Part shown: positions 61,909 to 64,000 of the stretch, one piece after another | Layout: every line of letters begins with the position of its first letter | How positions within the stretch are numbered: position 1 is the stretch's first letter | Assembly (NCBI RefSeq): GCF_021028975.2 | Contig: NC_059427.1 | Location: 88,970,001 to 89,034,000, forward strand | Length of the DNA: 64,000 bases | Direction of reading: 5' to 3' | From: Sphaerodactylus townsendi | Lineage: Eukaryota | Notes under the pieces: generated by a model | Database searches by the model: none | The model's input: the letters and a program-made list of their open reading frames with translations, nothing else | Told to the model about the DNA's origin: nothing | Position numbers and translations under genes: made by a program

Positions 61909-64000
61909 AGCTTATAGGTATCACATTGGGGACCCTGAACTAGAATTGCCATCCCAAGTCTAGGAACCAACCAAAGAGTTATGGGAGACTGGGATCTATT
62001 TCTGTCCTCCTGTTATTGCAGTCACTTCTGTTGTGAAAGTGATATCAACACATTGAGTCAATGCTCTAGGATGAACCCAAATTCTATGGTTGTATGCTTG
62101 ATGTAACTTCTGGTTTGTGCCAGACATGATATCATAATATCAAAAGAGAATTGCTGATATCTCCACATTTCTCACCCCTCGCCCCAGCAAGCAGTGGCAG
62201 GGGCATCCGGAAGTGGGGAACATGGCATAATTGCAATTATCCCTGTAATAAGATGCTTTCCATGAAGAACTAAATGCTGAAAAGAATTCAATAATCTGAC
62301 TTAATGAAGCTGTTAAGGTAAGTGACAACAAGATAATAGATGACTCGAGAGGTTGATAATAAAATGGGTTGAAGGCTACGCCATTTTAAAAAGAAGACTT
62401 CATATATTTAAATAAAATCACTATTGGTACTGGTAACTGATCCAGATCAGGCATTATTTATGGTTTTCTATGGGCTGGATCTAGGCAAACTGCTACTAAA
62501 GATTCTTGAGGGCTCCCCTTCCCTTTTCATACTAGATTGTTGTGAAAAAATATATACTTTGTTTACTCAAGAGGACTGTCTGTACACTACTGAATGACTG
62601 AATCTTAGTTACCTTTTACTTGTCAATGAAATAAATACATGGTTGCATGGAAAAAAGCAAACAACAAAACATGCTGGGAACTTTACTAACAAAGCAAGGA
62701 AAAGGCAGCAGAGTTGCAGATATGATGACTCAAATCTTAAGGTTCCCTTCATTTGTATATCTGTTTCAAAATTATGACTCAATCAACTTAATTGAGTGGG
62801 AATGCCAAGGTGCTAATTGTGGCCTATAATAAAATCTCAGCTCATTTTGACATTTCTCAGAAATGCTGGGGAACATCAAAAACCCCATCTCCAGTCCCAT
62901 GACTGTCTATGAAGAGTTCCTTGGTGATATGAAAGAAAATTGCCTCTTGTAGTTAGATTGCAAAAGGGAATCTAAGCCTGTGTTGACTTGCATTGTCACT
63001 TCCATGGTAATAGGTTATTAGTTTGAATCACACTGAAGGCAAAGAAGACAGAATGAAAACCTTTTGGGATCTTTAAAGAAAAACAAATATATATATTACC
63101 TTTTTTGTCTCAGTTTTACAGGCAACTTGTTCTCTTTTGAAAGTAAAATGAACTGCAAAGTAAAGCCACTTATTATAAGGGACTTACACAAGGGAGAAGA
63201 GATATGAAATATGGAGAGAGGAAGAGTTGTTTGCCATCCAGTTTTCAGATTCAGTAGCTGAAGGATGATAGTTGCCTATGTTCTATGTAAATATTTCACA
63301 AGGTTATTTCAGCAGTGAGTTTGTCGGAAGGCATATACTGTGGATAAATAAAAGTTAATTCGAAGCACTTTTAAGCTGATTTAATTGGTCAACTGAATGC
63401 ACCAATGTAACCCCAGTAACACTTACCTGGGAGTAAGCACCATTGGATAGATCTGAGTAATATTCTGAGTTGACCTGCTTAGGATTATGTTCGAAGACTA
63501 TCTTAATGATCCTGATCCCAAGATCCATATTTTGATTTTCAGATGTTAAGCAGATGTCAATGTCTCTGAACTATATGCTCCAAAACATTCATGGCAACTT
63601 CAGAATCATCTTCCAGAGAACAACCATCAGTGAAAAAAAATCATCAAGCTGTTGCATGTGCTCTTGGATATATATACACGCAAGAAAAAGAATTATGAAT
63701 TATGGCCAGTGCTACTGTTGATCAGTATATCCATTACATGTAATATGAGTAAAGTCACGGGTGTCCATTCTGATTCTTAGTCACATATTCTTTCTGGGAT
63801 TAAACTTTAAAACCCTCAAAATGGTCCCAAACACTATGGGGGAAAGAAGAGACTTCAGATTTCTCTCCCAAGGTGTTTTTGCCTATGGAAATAGGCACTT
63901 TGGGGGCGGGGGGGAGTATCTGTCCCTTATTTGGTCTCCATGCAGAAGTGCACCTGGAGCGTACTCTGTGTTTTCTGTCCCCCACACCCCTCACCCCCTT

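Larger units (their letters stand above)
2584..64000 (+). other. FSTL4: FSTL4 intron 3 (partial)
   Basis: Follows the exon donor. No ORF in the track encodes the cysteine-rich follistatin/Kazal exon 4 (CGSDGRFYENHC-type). This intron is very large in mammals. Confidence 0.7.

Overview
Vertebrate genomic DNA, most likely a gekkotan lizard (Squam3-type SINEs, a young L2, Penelope-like elements, SPIN; two short scaffold gaps). The only host coding sequence I can support is a 34-nt + strand exon at 2550-2583 (GSRSFDVTRRK-G). It matches exon 3 of FSTL4 as I recall it (human EPRSFEVTRREG, same length and phase). No exon-4-like sequence follows, so the window is most likely the end of intron 2 plus about 61 kb of intron 3. 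The rest is AT-rich intron densely filled with transposable elements: a 3-kb antisense L2 LINE with nearly intact EN+RT, older L2/CR1/R4 fragments, Penelope-like termini carrying decayed minimal hammerhead ribozyme motifs, a Helitron with canonical ends, SPIN and other hAT MITEs (8-bp TSD), PIF/Harbinger-type MITEs (3-bp TSD), Tc1/mariner-pogo MITEs, solo LTRs and a short U2 snRNA retrocopy. I found no evidence for a new protein-coding system. The most interesting signals are RNA-level and TE-level. Family names come from recalled consensus features and need database confirmation.
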